Part shown: positions 45,643-55,224 of the stretch, piece after piece
Layout of the letters: each line of letters starts with the position of its first letter
Numbering within the stretch: position 1 is the stretch's first letter
DNA from: Candidatus Shapirobacteria bacterium
Lineage (GTDB): Bacteria > Patescibacteriota > Microgenomatia > UBA12405
Direction of reading: 5' to 3'
Assembly (NCBI GenBank): GCA_028700625.1
Contig: JAQVSI010000002.1
Coordinates: forward strand, 3,276-67,275
Length of the DNA stretch: 64,000 nucleotides
The notes under the pieces: model-generated
Database searches by the model: none
Seen by the model: the letters and a program-made list of their open reading frames with translations, nothing else
Told to the model about the DNA's origin: nothing
Made by a program: the position numbers and the translations under genes

Positions 45643-45723
45643 ATTACTCTTGCTCGAAAGTTTTAGAGATCCGACTTTACGGTTGCGGCACAGTCTAGGA
45701 ATTACACCTAGTTCCCTATTAAA

Positions 45724-46176
45724 TTATTTTTTAATTTGTTCGACTGATTTTATAAATAAATAATCTGAAAGTCTATTGAAATATTTTAGTATATCTTTAT
45801 TAATTTTTTGCTGTTTATTCAAAGTAACAATCCTTCTTTCTGCTCTTCTGCAAACAGTCCTTGCCCAATTTAATTCTAAAGATTCTTTTTCTTTAAATTT
45901 TACAAACTTAGTTAATTTATAATCTTTGGAACTTATTTCTTTCTCCATTTTTTCGATTGGAAATTGGAAATTGGAAGTTGGAAATTTAATTCCACACCCC
46001 AATTCTCCCATTATTCTCCCCAAATCATCAATAATTTTTTTATTAACTTTAATTAACTCTAAAACCGCTTGTAATTCATCAATGGTTCCAACAGCCTCAA
46101 GTAATGGATTGTCTTTATCCACTATTTTTCCTAAAAAATAACTTTTACCTTCATCACCTTTTTTTGTTGTTATCAT
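45724..46176 (-). CDS. PduO-type ATP:cob(I)alamin adenosyltransferase
   Basis: TKKGDEGKS...EAVGTIDELQ. Adjacent to the B12-dependent RNR, and carries an in-frame heptamer repeat at 45956-45987. Confidence 0.55.
   Translation of the reverse strand: MITTKKGDEGKSYFLGKIVDKDNPLLEAVGTIDELQAVLELIKVNKKIIDDLGRIMGELGCGIKFPTSNFQFPIEKMEKEISSKDYKLTKFVKFKEKESLELNWARTVCRRAERRIVTLNKQQKINKDILKYFNRLSDYLFIKSVEQIKK
45956..45987. repeat. TTGGAAA heptamer repeats inside the PduO-like gene
   Basis: ATTGGAAATTGGAAATTGGAAGTTGGAAATTT. Confidence 0.5.
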
Positions 46177-46182
46177 TTTTGT

Positions 46183-48654
46183 TTATGAACATTTACTATA
46201 TCCACAAAAATCATTAGTACATTTAAAACAGCCTTCTTCAGCTCGAAGAGGACTTCCACAATCTGGACAAGAAATTGTTTTACTTTCCAATTCAGCTTGT
46301 TTATTTCTAACCTCATTAAGCGAATTAATGTCAATTGCATCTTTTTCACCAGCAAACATATCTAGCTGTTCACCTCTTGAAACTTCTAAAAGAGTTTTAC
46401 CAACAGCATCAAACATACTTAAAACGGTTCCTGTTCCCAGCCCCATTTTTTGTCCACAAGAAATACCAACCATTTGATCGGCAATTTCATCTAAAGTAGC
46501 CCCATATTTTAAAGCTAAAGAAGCTAATCTTCCTGTTGCTTCGGCTGCTCCAGCCACAAATCCACCACTCTTACCTAAAGTCACAAAAACTTCCACTGGA
46601 CCATCTCCTGCCTCATAAAAAACAGAAGTAAAAACACTTCCCAAATCACATTTTTTCTTCAATCTAATTCCCCTAGCCATTAATGGGGTTGCCTTTTTTT
46701 TACCCACCGAAGCTAATTTTTCAGCAGCGGAAGAGGACTTTGGTGTTTCTTTAACTTTTTGCATTGGCTCAAAAGATCGTGAACCACTTCTATAAATAGT
46801 AATTCCTTTAGTTCCCAACGCATAAGACTTTAAATAAGCTTGTCTAACATCATCAACAGTTGATTGTTCTGGTAAATTAATGGTTTTTGAAACTGCATTA
46901 TCAGTATATTTCTGGAAAGCTGCCTGAACTCTGATATGCCACTCTGGATCAATTTCCAAAGCTGTAACAAAAATAGATTTCAAATCATCGGGAAAATCTT
47001 CAATTCCTTTTAAAATTCCTCCATTTTTAACAATTTTTTCAATTAATTCTTCAGAATAAATATTTCTTTTCTTTAATTCTTCAACCAAAACAGGATTAAC
47101 ACTATAAAGAGTCTTACCTTCAACTGTATTTTTTTGATAACCCAAAGAAAATACAGGTTCAATTCCTGAACTAGTATCAGCCAACATACTTATAGTTCCT
47201 GTTGGAGCAATTGTTGTCAAAGCCATATTTCGTGGTCGATAGTCAGTATTTGCATAAACACTCACATCCCACAAAGGAAAAACTCCTCTTATTTTTGCGA
47301 GTTCACAAGTTGCTTCTCTGGCCGATTCGGTTACAAACTTCATCATTTTTTCTGCCCAAATAATTCCCTCTTCTGAATCGTACTTAACACCCATTTTAAA
47401 CAAAGCATCGGCAAACCCCATCACTCCAACTCCAATTCTTCGAGAACTAGTCACCATATCTCTAATTTTTTGGACCGGAAATTCATTGATTTCTACCACA
47501 TTGTCTAAAAAATGAACTCCAATTTTAATAGTCTCTTTAAGTTCTTCCCAATTAATATCTCCATTTTTTACGAATCTTGCCAAATTAACACTTCCTAAAT
47601 TACAAGCATCATAAGGTAACAAAGGCTGTTCTCCACAAGGATTAGTTGCTTCAATTCTACCCACACTTGGAATTGGATTCGAATTTGCATCATTCATTCT
47701 ATCTATAAAAACCAAACCTGGATCACCAAATTGCCAAGCTAACCTAGTAATCAAAATAAACACTTTATAAGCATTCAATTTCATTGAGACCAACCCATTC
47801 CTAGGATTAATTAAGTCATAACCCTCTCCTTCTTTATTAGCCTTAGCCCACTCATATAATTTTTTAACTCCAATTTCGACCTCTCTCAATTTTTCATCTG
47901 CACTTCTATTTTGTTCCGCCAATTTTATCTCTTCAACCACTTCTTCTGGAATAGAATCATCAATCACAAATTTTTTATCAACCTCAATCTTTTCCATAAA
48001 ATCATTTGTCACAGCCAAAGAGATGTTGAAATTAGTTAAACTCCATTCATCTAATTTTGCCACTGCAAATCTTAAAACATCTGGATGGTCAATACTAAGC
48101 ATTCCCATATTAGCCCCTCTGCGCACTCCACCTTGTTTAATTTGAGCGGTTACATCATTGTAGGCTTGCATAAAACTGACTGGGCCCACTGTTGTTCCAC
48201 CACTTGATTTAATATAATCACCACTTGGTCTTAGTCTGGAAAAAGAAAAACCAGTTCCACCTCCACTTTTATGAATCAAAGCCATATTCGACATGGTTTC
48301 CAAAATGGATTCCATTGAATCATCTATTGGTAAAACAAAACAAGCCGATAATTGCTGTTTGGACTTACCAGCATTTACCAAACATGGCGTATTTGGTAAA
48401 AATTTTTGCTCTGCCATCAATTGATAAAAAGATTTAGCTAATTTATCAATCCCTTCTTCATTAATTCCAAAAACACTATCACCTTTGGCCACATTACTAG
48501 AAACCCTCCAAAAAATATCTTTTACTGTTTCTAAAGATTTTCCTTCTTCATCTTTTTTGGAATATCTAGTTTCTGCAATATATTTAGCGTTAGGTGAAAG
48601 AATTGGTTCAGACAATTCATTAACATTAATATCTCTCCTACTTATATCTGTCAT
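46183..48654 (-). CDS. nrdJ: adenosylcobalamin-dependent (class II) ribonucleotide reductase
   Basis: The NPCGEQPL active-site motif, a C-terminal zinc ribbon, and about 820 aa. Confidence 0.85.
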   Translation of the reverse strand: MTDISRRDINVNELSEPILSPNAKYIAETRYSKKDEEGKSLETVKDIFWRVSSNVAKGDSVFGINEEGIDKLAKSFYQLMAEQKFLPNTPCLVNAGKSKQQLSACFVLPIDDSMESILETMSNMALIHKSGGGTGFSFSRLRPSGDYIKSSGGTTVGPVSFMQAYNDVTAQIKQGGVRRGANMGMLSIDHPDVLRFAVAKLDEWSLTNFNISLAVTNDFMEKIEVDKKFVIDDSIPEEVVEEIKLAEQNRSADEKLREVEIGVKKLYEWAKANKEGEGYDLINPRNGLVSMKLNAYKVFILITRLAWQFGDPGLVFIDRMNDANSNPIPSVGRIEATNPCGEQPLLPYDACNLGSVNLARFVKNGDINWEELKETIKIGVHFLDNVVEINEFPVQKIRDMVTSSRRIGVGVMGFADALFKMGVKYDSEEGIIWAEKMMKFVTESAREATCELAKIRGVFPLWDVSVYANTDYRPRNMALTTIAPTGTISMLADTSSGIEPVFSLGYQKNTVEGKTLYSVNPVLVEELKKRNIYSEELIEKIVKNGGILKGIEDFPDDLKSIFVTALEIDPEWHIRVQAAFQKYTDNAVSKTINLPEQSTVDDVRQAYLKSYALGTKGITIYRSGSRSFEPMQKVKETPKSSSAAEKLASVGKKKATPLMARGIRLKKKCDLGSVFTSVFYEAGDGPVEVFVTLGKSGGFVAGAAEATGRLASLALKYGATLDEIADQMVGISCGQKMGLGTGTVLSMFDAVGKTLLEVSRGEQLDMFAGEKDAIDINSLNEVRNKQAELESKTISCPDCGSPLRAEEGCFKCTNDFCGYSKCS

Positions 48655-49100
48655 TTTTTATTTTTAAAATTAATAATAAGTTTTTCAAAGTCATCAATTT
48701 CGTTTAAGTCTAAATAAACCGTAGCGAATCTGATGTATGCCATTGGATCAAGGTTTTTTAATTTTTCCAAAATTAAAACTCCAATTTCTTTTGAGGGAAT
48801 TTCTACACTTGGCCAATTTAACAGCTTCATTTCAATCTCATCAATCAATTTAGTCTTTTCATCTTCAGACATTCTCCAACAAGCCTTATCTATACATTTT
48901 CCCAATTTTTCTCTAGAATAATCTTCAGTTTTTCCTGATTTTTTAATTACTTTTAAATCTATGCTACCCACTCTTTCATAAGTTGTAAATCTTTTTTTAC
49001 ATTTTAGACATTCTCTCCTCCTTCTAGTAACTTTTCCATCTTCAGCTTCTCTACTCTCTAAAACGTTAGATTCACCAAAACCACAATATGGACACAACAT
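48651..49100 (-). CDS. nrdR: transcriptional repressor NrdR
   Basis: Zinc ribbon CPYCG...CLKCKKRF followed by an ATP-cone domain. Confidence 0.85.
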   Translation of the reverse strand: MLCPYCGFGESNVLESREAEDGKVTRRRRECLKCKKRFTTYERVGSIDLKVIKKSGKTEDYSREKLGKCIDKACWRMSEDEKTKLIDEIEMKLLNWPSVEIPSKEIGVLILEKLKNLDPMAYIRFATVYLDLNEIDDFEKLIINFKNKK

Positions 49101-49128
49101 TTTTGTTAGTTTTATTATAATTAATAAA

Positions 49129-49144
49129 ACACTATCTCTAGTGT
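49129..49144. promoter_or_regulatory. NrdR box
   Basis: ACACTATCTCTAGTGT matches the palindromic NrdR-box consensus acaCwAtATaTwGtgt. It lies 29 nt upstream of the nrdR start. Confidence 0.5.
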
Positions 49145-49235
49145 ATGCTAAACATCATACCCACCACCAATAGACCACGTCAATAGACTAAAATATATCA
49201 AAATTGAATTATGCAATTATTCCGCGGAAAACAAA

Positions 49236-49703
49236 TTATTTAATCATAAGGTCGACCACTACATTTTTTAAAACCCTCCGCCCTGCGGGCACCTCCCTTG
49301 ACAGGGCGGCTTTTCTTTCTTGAATAACTTTTAATATTTCGTCTTTAACTGTTTCTAAATTATTTAATACTTCTTCATTTTTAAATCTTATTGTTTTTAT
49401 ATTTAGACAATTTAAAAACTTATCTCTTTCTTTATCGTAACTTTGTTTTTTAAGATGATAAACACCATCAATCTCTATACATAATAATAATTTAGAACAA
49501 TAAAAATCAAGAATAAATCTATGTAATGGTTTTTGTCTGGTAAATTTATAGCCTGATGGTTTATTTTTTAAAAACTCATACCAAATTTTTGATTCAGCTT
49601 TAGTTGGATTTTTTCTATTAAATTTAGCCGGATATTTTAATTGCTCTAAATACTTCAAATTGCCTTTTTGAGTCATTATTTCTATACATGTAATATTTTT
49701 CAC
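49236..49703 (-). CDS. DUF559 (Vsr-like endonuclease domain) protein whose C-terminus is extended through a repeat element
   Basis: FTRQKPLHRFILDFYCSKLLLCIEIDG. It has a GTG start, and the last 14 or so codons are encoded by repeat copy G (49269-49311). Confidence 0.5.
   Translation of the reverse strand: MKNITCIEIMTQKGNLKYLEQLKYPAKFNRKNPTKAESKIWYEFLKNKPSGYKFTRQKPLHRFILDFYCSKLLLCIEIDGVYHLKKQSYDKERDKFLNCLNIKTIRFKNEEVLNNLETVKDEILKVIQERKAALSREVPAGRRVLKNVVVDLMIK
49269..49311. repeat. hairpin family, copy G
   Basis: About 93% identical to copy F. It lies inside the 3' end of the DUF559 ORF. Confidence 0.55.
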
Positions 49704-49722
49704 ATAATAATTATTTCATTTA

Positions 49723-49775
49723 TAGCCTCCCTGTCAAGGGAGGTGGCGAGTGAAACGAGACGAAGGGTTTTAAAA
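49723..49775. repeat. hairpin family, copy A
   Basis: CCTCCCTGTCAAGGGAGG plus GGCGAGTGAAACGAG, in the divergent promoter region of DUF559 and secE. Confidence 0.5.
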
Positions 49776-49792
49776 TACTGTTATAATATCTC

Positions 49793-49984
49793 ATGCAAAA
49801 AATCATTAAATTTTTAAAAGAAGTGGTGGTTGAATTCAAAAATATAACTTGGCCCAAAAAAGAGACTTTAATTCAGCTAACAATTGTGGTAATATCAATC
49901 TCAATTATAATCTCCCTCATTTTGGGTGGTTTTGATTATCTTTTTACTATTTCTTTTGCTTTTCTAAACAAAATTAGCAAATAA
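49793..49984 (+). CDS. secE: preprotein translocase subunit SecE
   Basis: 63 aa with one TM helix, immediately upstream of nusG. Confidence 0.7.
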   Translation: MQKIIKFLKEVVVEFKNITWPKKETLIQLTIVVISISIIISLILGGFDYLFTISFAFLNKISK

Positions 49985-49987
49985 ATT

Positions 49988-50584
49988 ATGCCAAAAACTT
50001 CTGCAAAAACTAACAAAAAAGAGTTTTTATTCAAACTCTCTCCTTTCGAACCTACTATTGACGCCGCCTGGTACGTTATAAACACCTATTCTGGTCACGA
50101 ATATAAAGCTATTGAAGCCTTAAAAATCAGAATAAAAACCATGGGTCTAGAAGATAGTATTTTTCAAGCCATTGTTCCTATTCAAAGTAAAATGATTATC
50201 CGCCGTGGACAAAAAGTTAAGTCTCAAGAAAAAACCTTTCCTGGTTACGTCTTAATTCAAATGGTTTTAACCGATGATTCTTGGATCACTGTTCGTACAA
50301 CCCAAGGTGTTACTGGATTTATTGGTATAGAAAATACTCCATCCCCTATCTCTCAAAAAGAAGTCGATCAAATTCTTCAAACCACCGAAGAAGATAAACC
50401 AAAATATCAAACCCCTTTCACTATTGGAGACGTTGTCAAAATTACCAATGGCCCTTTTGCTGATTTCATTGGTACAATTGAATCTATTGACCAAGAAAAA
50501 GGAAAAATTAGAGTCTTAATCTCTATCTTCGAACGAGAAACCCCAGTCGAACTCGACTTTTTACAAGTTAGTAAAGAACTATAA
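49988..50584 (+). CDS. nusG: transcription termination/antitermination factor NusG
   Basis: NGN domain plus the KOW motif GDVVKITNGPFADFIG. Confidence 0.85.
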   Translation: MPKTSAKTNKKEFLFKLSPFEPTIDAAWYVINTYSGHEYKAIEALKIRIKTMGLEDSIFQAIVPIQSKMIIRRGQKVKSQEKTFPGYVLIQMVLTDDSWITVRTTQGVTGFIGIENTPSPISQKEVDQILQTTEEDKPKYQTPFTIGDVVKITNGPFADFIGTIESIDQEKGKIRVLISIFERETPVELDFLQVSKEL

Positions 50585-50588
50585 ATTT

Positions 50589-51014
50589 ATGGCAAAAAAA
50601 ATAAAAATAATCGTCAAACTTACCATTCCTGCAGGAACTGCTAATCCAGCTCCTCCAGTCGGTACTGCTCTTGGACCTCAGGGTATCAAGATTATGGAAT
50701 TCTGTAATGAATTCAATGAAAGAACCAAAGATATGAGAGGTTCTTTAATTCCTTCCGTTATTACTATCTATGAAGATCGTTCTTTTGATTTCATTATCAA
50801 AAAACCTCCAGTTTCTGACATGATCAAAAAAATGACTGGTATTACCAAAGGTGCTACCACTGCTGGTCGTGAAAAAGTTGGAAAATTAACTATGGCTCAA
50901 GTTGAAGAAATAGCCAAAGCTAAAATTGTCGATTTAAACACCAACGATTTAGAAGCTGCTAAAAGATCAGTTATGGGCACTGCCAAATCCATGGGAATTG
51001 AAATAATTCAATAA
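50589..51014 (+). CDS. rplK: 50S ribosomal protein L11
   Basis: PAGTANPAPPVGTALGPQGI. Confidence 0.9.
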   Translation: MAKKIKIIVKLTIPAGTANPAPPVGTALGPQGIKIMEFCNEFNERTKDMRGSLIPSVITIYEDRSFDFIIKKPPVSDMIKKMTGITKGATTAGREKVGKLTMAQVEEIAKAKIVDLNTNDLEAAKRSVMGTAKSMGIEIIQ

Positions 51015-51020
51015 AATAAA

Positions 51021-51060
51021 TTGCCCTGTCAAGGGAAATGTCACAAAGTGACAAAGGGTT
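51021..51060. repeat. hairpin family, a distant copy in the rplA leader
   Basis: TTGCCCTGTCAAGGGAAA plus GTCACAAAGTGAC. Confidence 0.35.
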
Positions 51061-51094
51061 TATTCCTTTAAAATTATTAATTAAAAAACCAAAT

Positions 51095-51865
51095 ATGAGC
51101 AAAACCACTCAAGAAAATAAACTCAAAAAAAACAAATTGAGCGAAGCGAAATCCCGATCTATCGGGACCAAAGTGGAAGAGATTGTCAAAACTGATGAAT
51201 CTCAAAAGGCCGTAGAAGAAGTTATCGAAACTTCAGAGGCTCCACAAGAAGTTAGTACCGTTCAAAAAGTCGCCAAAAAGCGATCTAAAAAATATTTAGC
51301 TGCTAAAGCTAAAATCGATGTCACAAAGTACTATTCTTTAAAAGAAGCCGTTAAATTAGTTAAAGAAACTTCCTTATCCAAATTTGAAGGTAAAATTGAA
51401 GCCCACGTTACCGGTTTGGACATTGGTAATATTGGTGAAATAACTTTTCCTAATTTAGAAACCGCCAGCAAAAAAGTGGTTATTTTAAATGACACCATCT
51501 TAGCTGAGATTAAAGAAAATAAAGTTAATTTTGATATTTTAATCGCTACTCCAGCCACTATGCCAAAACTCTTACCTTTGGCTAAGGTTTTAGGACCAAA
51601 AGGTTTAATGCCAAATCCCAAAAATGGTACTTTAACCGACAAACCAGAAGAATCTCTTAAAAAACTTTCAGTTGCTAAAACAATTTTAAAAACTGAAAAG
51701 AAAGCTCCTATTATTCACATTGTTGTTGGTAAAACTTCTCAACCAGATTCAGAAATTATTGCCAATGTTGAAGAATTAATTAAAGTTGTTAAAGCCAATA
51801 AAATCAAAAAATTAGCTCTTTGTGCCACCATCGGCCCTTGTGTTAAAATAATGATTACTGCTTAA
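51095..51865 (+). CDS. rplA: 50S ribosomal protein L1
   Basis: L1 core. The start was set at MSKTTQ. The mRNA-like hairpin at 51021-51060 lies just upstream. Confidence 0.8.
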   Translation: MSKTTQENKLKKNKLSEAKSRSIGTKVEEIVKTDESQKAVEEVIETSEAPQEVSTVQKVAKKRSKKYLAAKAKIDVTKYYSLKEAVKLVKETSLSKFEGKIEAHVTGLDIGNIGEITFPNLETASKKVVILNDTILAEIKENKVNFDILIATPATMPKLLPLAKVLGPKGLMPNPKNGTLTDKPEESLKKLSVAKTILKTEKKAPIIHIVVGKTSQPDSEIIANVEELIKVVKANKIKKLALCATIGPCVKIMITA

Positions 51866-51933
51866 ACTAAGTTTTCAAATTAAACCCCCGCAAATTGTGG
51901 GGGTTTTTCGTTTAAAAAAAGTTATACTTAACC

Positions 51934-52569
51934 ATGTTCAATATCATTTATTTGTCTGAGATTATTTTATATTTTGCCATCTATTCTCTTATTGGTTGGG
52001 CTTTGGAAGTTTTATATGCCAGCTATGAATCAAAAAAATTTGTCAATCGTGGTTTTCTTTTTGGACCTGTTTGTCCAATTTATGGCATTGGTGTTCTTTT
52101 TTTAATCACAATACTAGGACCAATTGCTAATCATCCCTTTTTGTTTTTTATTGGCGCCATCATTACAACTTCCGCTCTTGAATATTTAACCGGATTTATT
52201 TTAGAATCAATTTTTAAAACCAATTGGTGGGATTATTCTGATCAAAAATATAATCTCGATGGTAAAATTTGTTTAAAATTTTCCATTTATTGGGGTTTTC
52301 TAAGCCTCTTTCTTTTTTATTTTATTCATCCATCAATAGTTTCTTTTGTCTCCTTAATTATTTTAAAAACTTCTTTTTATTTATCTTTAGCCATTTTTAT
52401 GTATTTTTTAATCGACTTTATTATTAGTCTAATTTTTATTATTAATTTAAGAAGTATTTTTCATAAACTAGATCATCTAAAAGACCAGTATGAAGATGAT
52501 TTTCTAAAGTTCAAAAGACGTAGCAGACGTCTCTTCAAAGCCTTCCCACACATAAAACTGGTAAAATAA
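51934..52569 (+). CDS. membrane protein, DUF1113 / ABC_trans_CmpB-like
   Basis: GPVCPIYG and WDYSD motifs with 5-6 TM helices. Confidence 0.4.
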   Translation: MFNIIYLSEIILYFAIYSLIGWALEVLYASYESKKFVNRGFLFGPVCPIYGIGVLFLITILGPIANHPFLFFIGAIITTSALEYLTGFILESIFKTNWWDYSDQKYNLDGKICLKFSIYWGFLSLFLFYFIHPSIVSFVSLIILKTSFYLSLAIFMYFLIDFIISLIFIINLRSIFHKLDHLKDQYEDDFLKFKRRSRRLFKAFPHIKLVK

Positions 52570-52574
52570 GACTA

Positions 52575-53768
52575 GTGAAACAAAAAATATCTCTCTTTAT
52601 CCTCTACTACCTCCGTTTTTTTGCCAAAATTCAAATTTCAAAAGTTAGATTTCTTCAAAAAAGAAAACATCGACAACTTGATATTGTTGGTATTACTGGT
52701 TCTGCTGGTAAAAGTTCCACCTTACTTGCTTGTCAAACCGTTTTTCCAAAAACTTACAAAGTAAAAACTAATGACAATTGCAATTCTGAGTCTGGACTGC
52801 CTCTTAGTCTGCTTGGTCTTAAAATTAACAACTATAATTTCGTTACTTGGTTGAAAATAATTGTTTTAATCCCCCTTAAATATCTCACCAACTGGAAATC
52901 TTACGACATTTTGATTTTAGAAATGGGCATCGATTCAGCTTCTTGGCCAAAAAATATGGATTATCTTCTTTCTGTTGTTAAGCCTAATATTGGAATTTTT
53001 CTTAATGTTAGTCCTGTTCATATGTTAAATTTTGATTCTCTAGATGAAATTGCTATGGAAAAAGCTAAATTAGTTAACCAAGCCAGTGTTGCCATTATTA
53101 ATGATCAAGATAAATTAGTTAAAAAATACACCCAAAACAAAAATATAATTAAAATAACTCCAACTAAAATTAAATTTTCCAATTTTTATCTTCCAGATAT
53201 TTATCAAATCAGTTTTGGTACAGCCTTATCTCTGGCCAGAATTTTTAATATTAATTACGACCAAGCTATTAAAAATATTCAAGAAAATTTTTCTCTTCCT
53301 CCATCCCGTTCCTCTATCTTAGAAGGCATAAAAAATACCACAATTATAGATAGTTCATATAATTCTTCCCCTATTGCCTGCCAGGAACTTTTAAAATTTT
53401 TAACTACTTTTAAAACCAAAAAAATTGCTGTCTTGGGCGACATGCGAGAACTTGGTAAATCAAGCCCAGAAGAGCATCAAAAAATTTATGAACTAGCTAC
53501 TAAATCAGCTGATCTAATTATTAGCGTAGGACCAGAAACTAAAAAATACTTTGGCGATAAATCTCAAAAGTTTGACAATTGGTGGACGGCTGCTGAATTT
53601 TTAAAAGAAAATATAAAAGGTAGTGAAACTATTTTAGTCAAAGGTTCTCAAAACACTATTTTTCTAGAAGAATTAGTCAAGTCAATCTTAAAAAATCCTT
53701 CTGACTCTTCCAATCTTTGCCGTCAATCACCTTACTGGCTCAAAGTTAAATCTAAATTTAAGCTTTAA
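52575..53768 (+). CDS. Mur ligase family protein (MurF or CapB-like)
   Basis: GITGSAGKSST P-loop of the Mur ligase central domain. Confidence 0.5.
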   Translation: MKQKISLFILYYLRFFAKIQISKVRFLQKRKHRQLDIVGITGSAGKSSTLLACQTVFPKTYKVKTNDNCNSESGLPLSLLGLKINNYNFVTWLKIIVLIPLKYLTNWKSYDILILEMGIDSASWPKNMDYLLSVVKPNIGIFLNVSPVHMLNFDSLDEIAMEKAKLVNQASVAIINDQDKLVKKYTQNKNIIKITPTKIKFSNFYLPDIYQISFGTALSLARIFNINYDQAIKNIQENFSLPPSRSSILEGIKNTTIIDSSYNSSPIACQELLKFLTTFKTKKIAVLGDMRELGKSSPEEHQKIYELATKSADLIISVGPETKKYFGDKSQKFDNWWTAAEFLKENIKGSETILVKGSQNTIFLEELVKSILKNPSDSSNLCRQSPYWLKVKSKFKL

Positions 53769-54333
53769 ACTCTTTATCTTTCTTCATTTCTCTTTCAATC
53801 AAATTTCTCAAAAACACTGATCTTGGCAACATTTTTTTCTGGGATACCCAATCTAAATAATTCAATATTTTTGCATTAACAAAAAAATTGAATCTCACGT
53901 CAATTAAACTACTAGCCTTTTTTAAAGCTTTCTCCATTATTTCTTCTACATCTTCCTCTAAGTATTCCGAAATTATCAATTTTTGATCACTAATACCTTT
54001 AATAAAATTTGGAACATGTTCTTTTTTATGCAAAGCAATCACTGGTTTGTTCATTTCCAAAGCTTTACTAACTAAATAACCCATTGACATACTATGACCA
54101 GAAACTTCCATTACCACTATATCTGCCTTTTTAACCGAATCCAATGATTCTAGATAATTCACTTTTTTAACTTTTAATGGAGCAATACTTATGTTTTTTA
54201 CTCCACTTTTTACCCATTTCATTACTTTATCACTAACCATTTTCGCTTCAGCCGACAAATAAGAATACATTTTTGCATACAATTTGGGATTGGCTTCTAC
54301 TAATCTGGAAGATGCAATGAAATATATTTTCAT
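53758..54333 (-). CDS. hypothetical protein
   Basis: N-terminus MKIYFIASSR resembles that of the 33344-33754 protein. Confidence 0.3.
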   Translation of the reverse strand: MKIYFIASSRLVEANPKLYAKMYSYLSAEAKMVSDKVMKWVKSGVKNISIAPLKVKKVNYLESLDSVKKADIVVMEVSGHSMSMGYLVSKALEMNKPVIALHKKEHVPNFIKGISDQKLIISEYLEEDVEEIMEKALKKASSLIDVRFNFFVNAKILNYLDWVSQKKMLPRSVFLRNLIEREMKKDKEFKA

Positions 54334-54541
54334 AAATTATATAAAAAAATTTATAATTATTAGCTATAGGGTAGTATAACTTAAAATCATTTTTTTATAA
54401 ACCCTATTGCAGTCTAAAGATTAAAGGTTATAATTCGAATAAAAGTATAAGAATAAATTAAAATAGTTTAAATTGCTAACTTTTTTTATATTTAGTTCTT
54501 TAAAAATTCGAAAACACATAAAGTAAAGGAGGTTTTAACTT

Positions 54542-55102
54542 ATGATTCAGATTCCAGTTCTAGGTAAAGAAGATATCCCAAAAGTCATCGAAGCTTTCAA
54601 AGGTGGTAACTATCCCATAATTCCAGATTTTATTGATGTAACCAGAGAGTATATAGACCCCCAAGAAATTATGGAAGAATTCTCTTGTGGTGTTCAGGTG
54701 GAAAGGAAAGCCTACATTATTGAATGTACCATAAAAAATGAAGGGTTTAATCCTAGAAAAATTTTATTTGAACAAAGATTTTCTCAAGGCCCATGTTGGA
54801 TTAGTGGATATGTTGATTATCTACCCAAAAGAAAAATATCCCTTTTTAACAGAAGATATATAGAAAAACCAATTGATCTTGCAACTTGTCGTATTACAAA
54901 AGGTTTAATTGATAATTATCTTCAAATTAATAACACTAAAGGTAATCTTTATGGCATTGGACTTATTGGAGACGAGTTTATCCGTCTTAAACAATTGTTA
55001 GTCTTCGAAATTGTCCATTTTAATGATTATCGATCGACCAAAAATCTTATTACCGATTTCATTAAAATTAATTTTACCCCTATTAAAATTCCCTTTATTT
55101 AA
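54542..55102 (+). CDS. hypothetical protein
   Basis: Strong SD AAAGGAGG upstream. Confidence 0.3.
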   Translation: MIQIPVLGKEDIPKVIEAFKGGNYPIIPDFIDVTREYIDPQEIMEEFSCGVQVERKAYIIECTIKNEGFNPRKILFEQRFSQGPCWISGYVDYLPKRKISLFNRRYIEKPIDLATCRITKGLIDNYLQINNTKGNLYGIGLIGDEFIRLKQLLVFEIVHFNDYRSTKNLITDFIKINFTPIKIPFI

Positions 55103-55224
55103 AAAGAAATGAGATTATCTAATGAATTCCAAAGAAACTCGTCTTTATCAAATTAATCCACTATGGCTGCAATTAGCGTAATCAAAGACACTAATGTTTT
55201 CGAACAATCATCCCTTGAAGGGTC

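Noticed and set aside
45650-45715. GTTTTAGAG, the start of the Cas9-type repeat consensus, in the intergenic region, plus a small CTAGG hairpin
   Set aside because: Single occurrence, no spaced direct repeats and no cas genes. There is no CRISPR array anywhere in the window.
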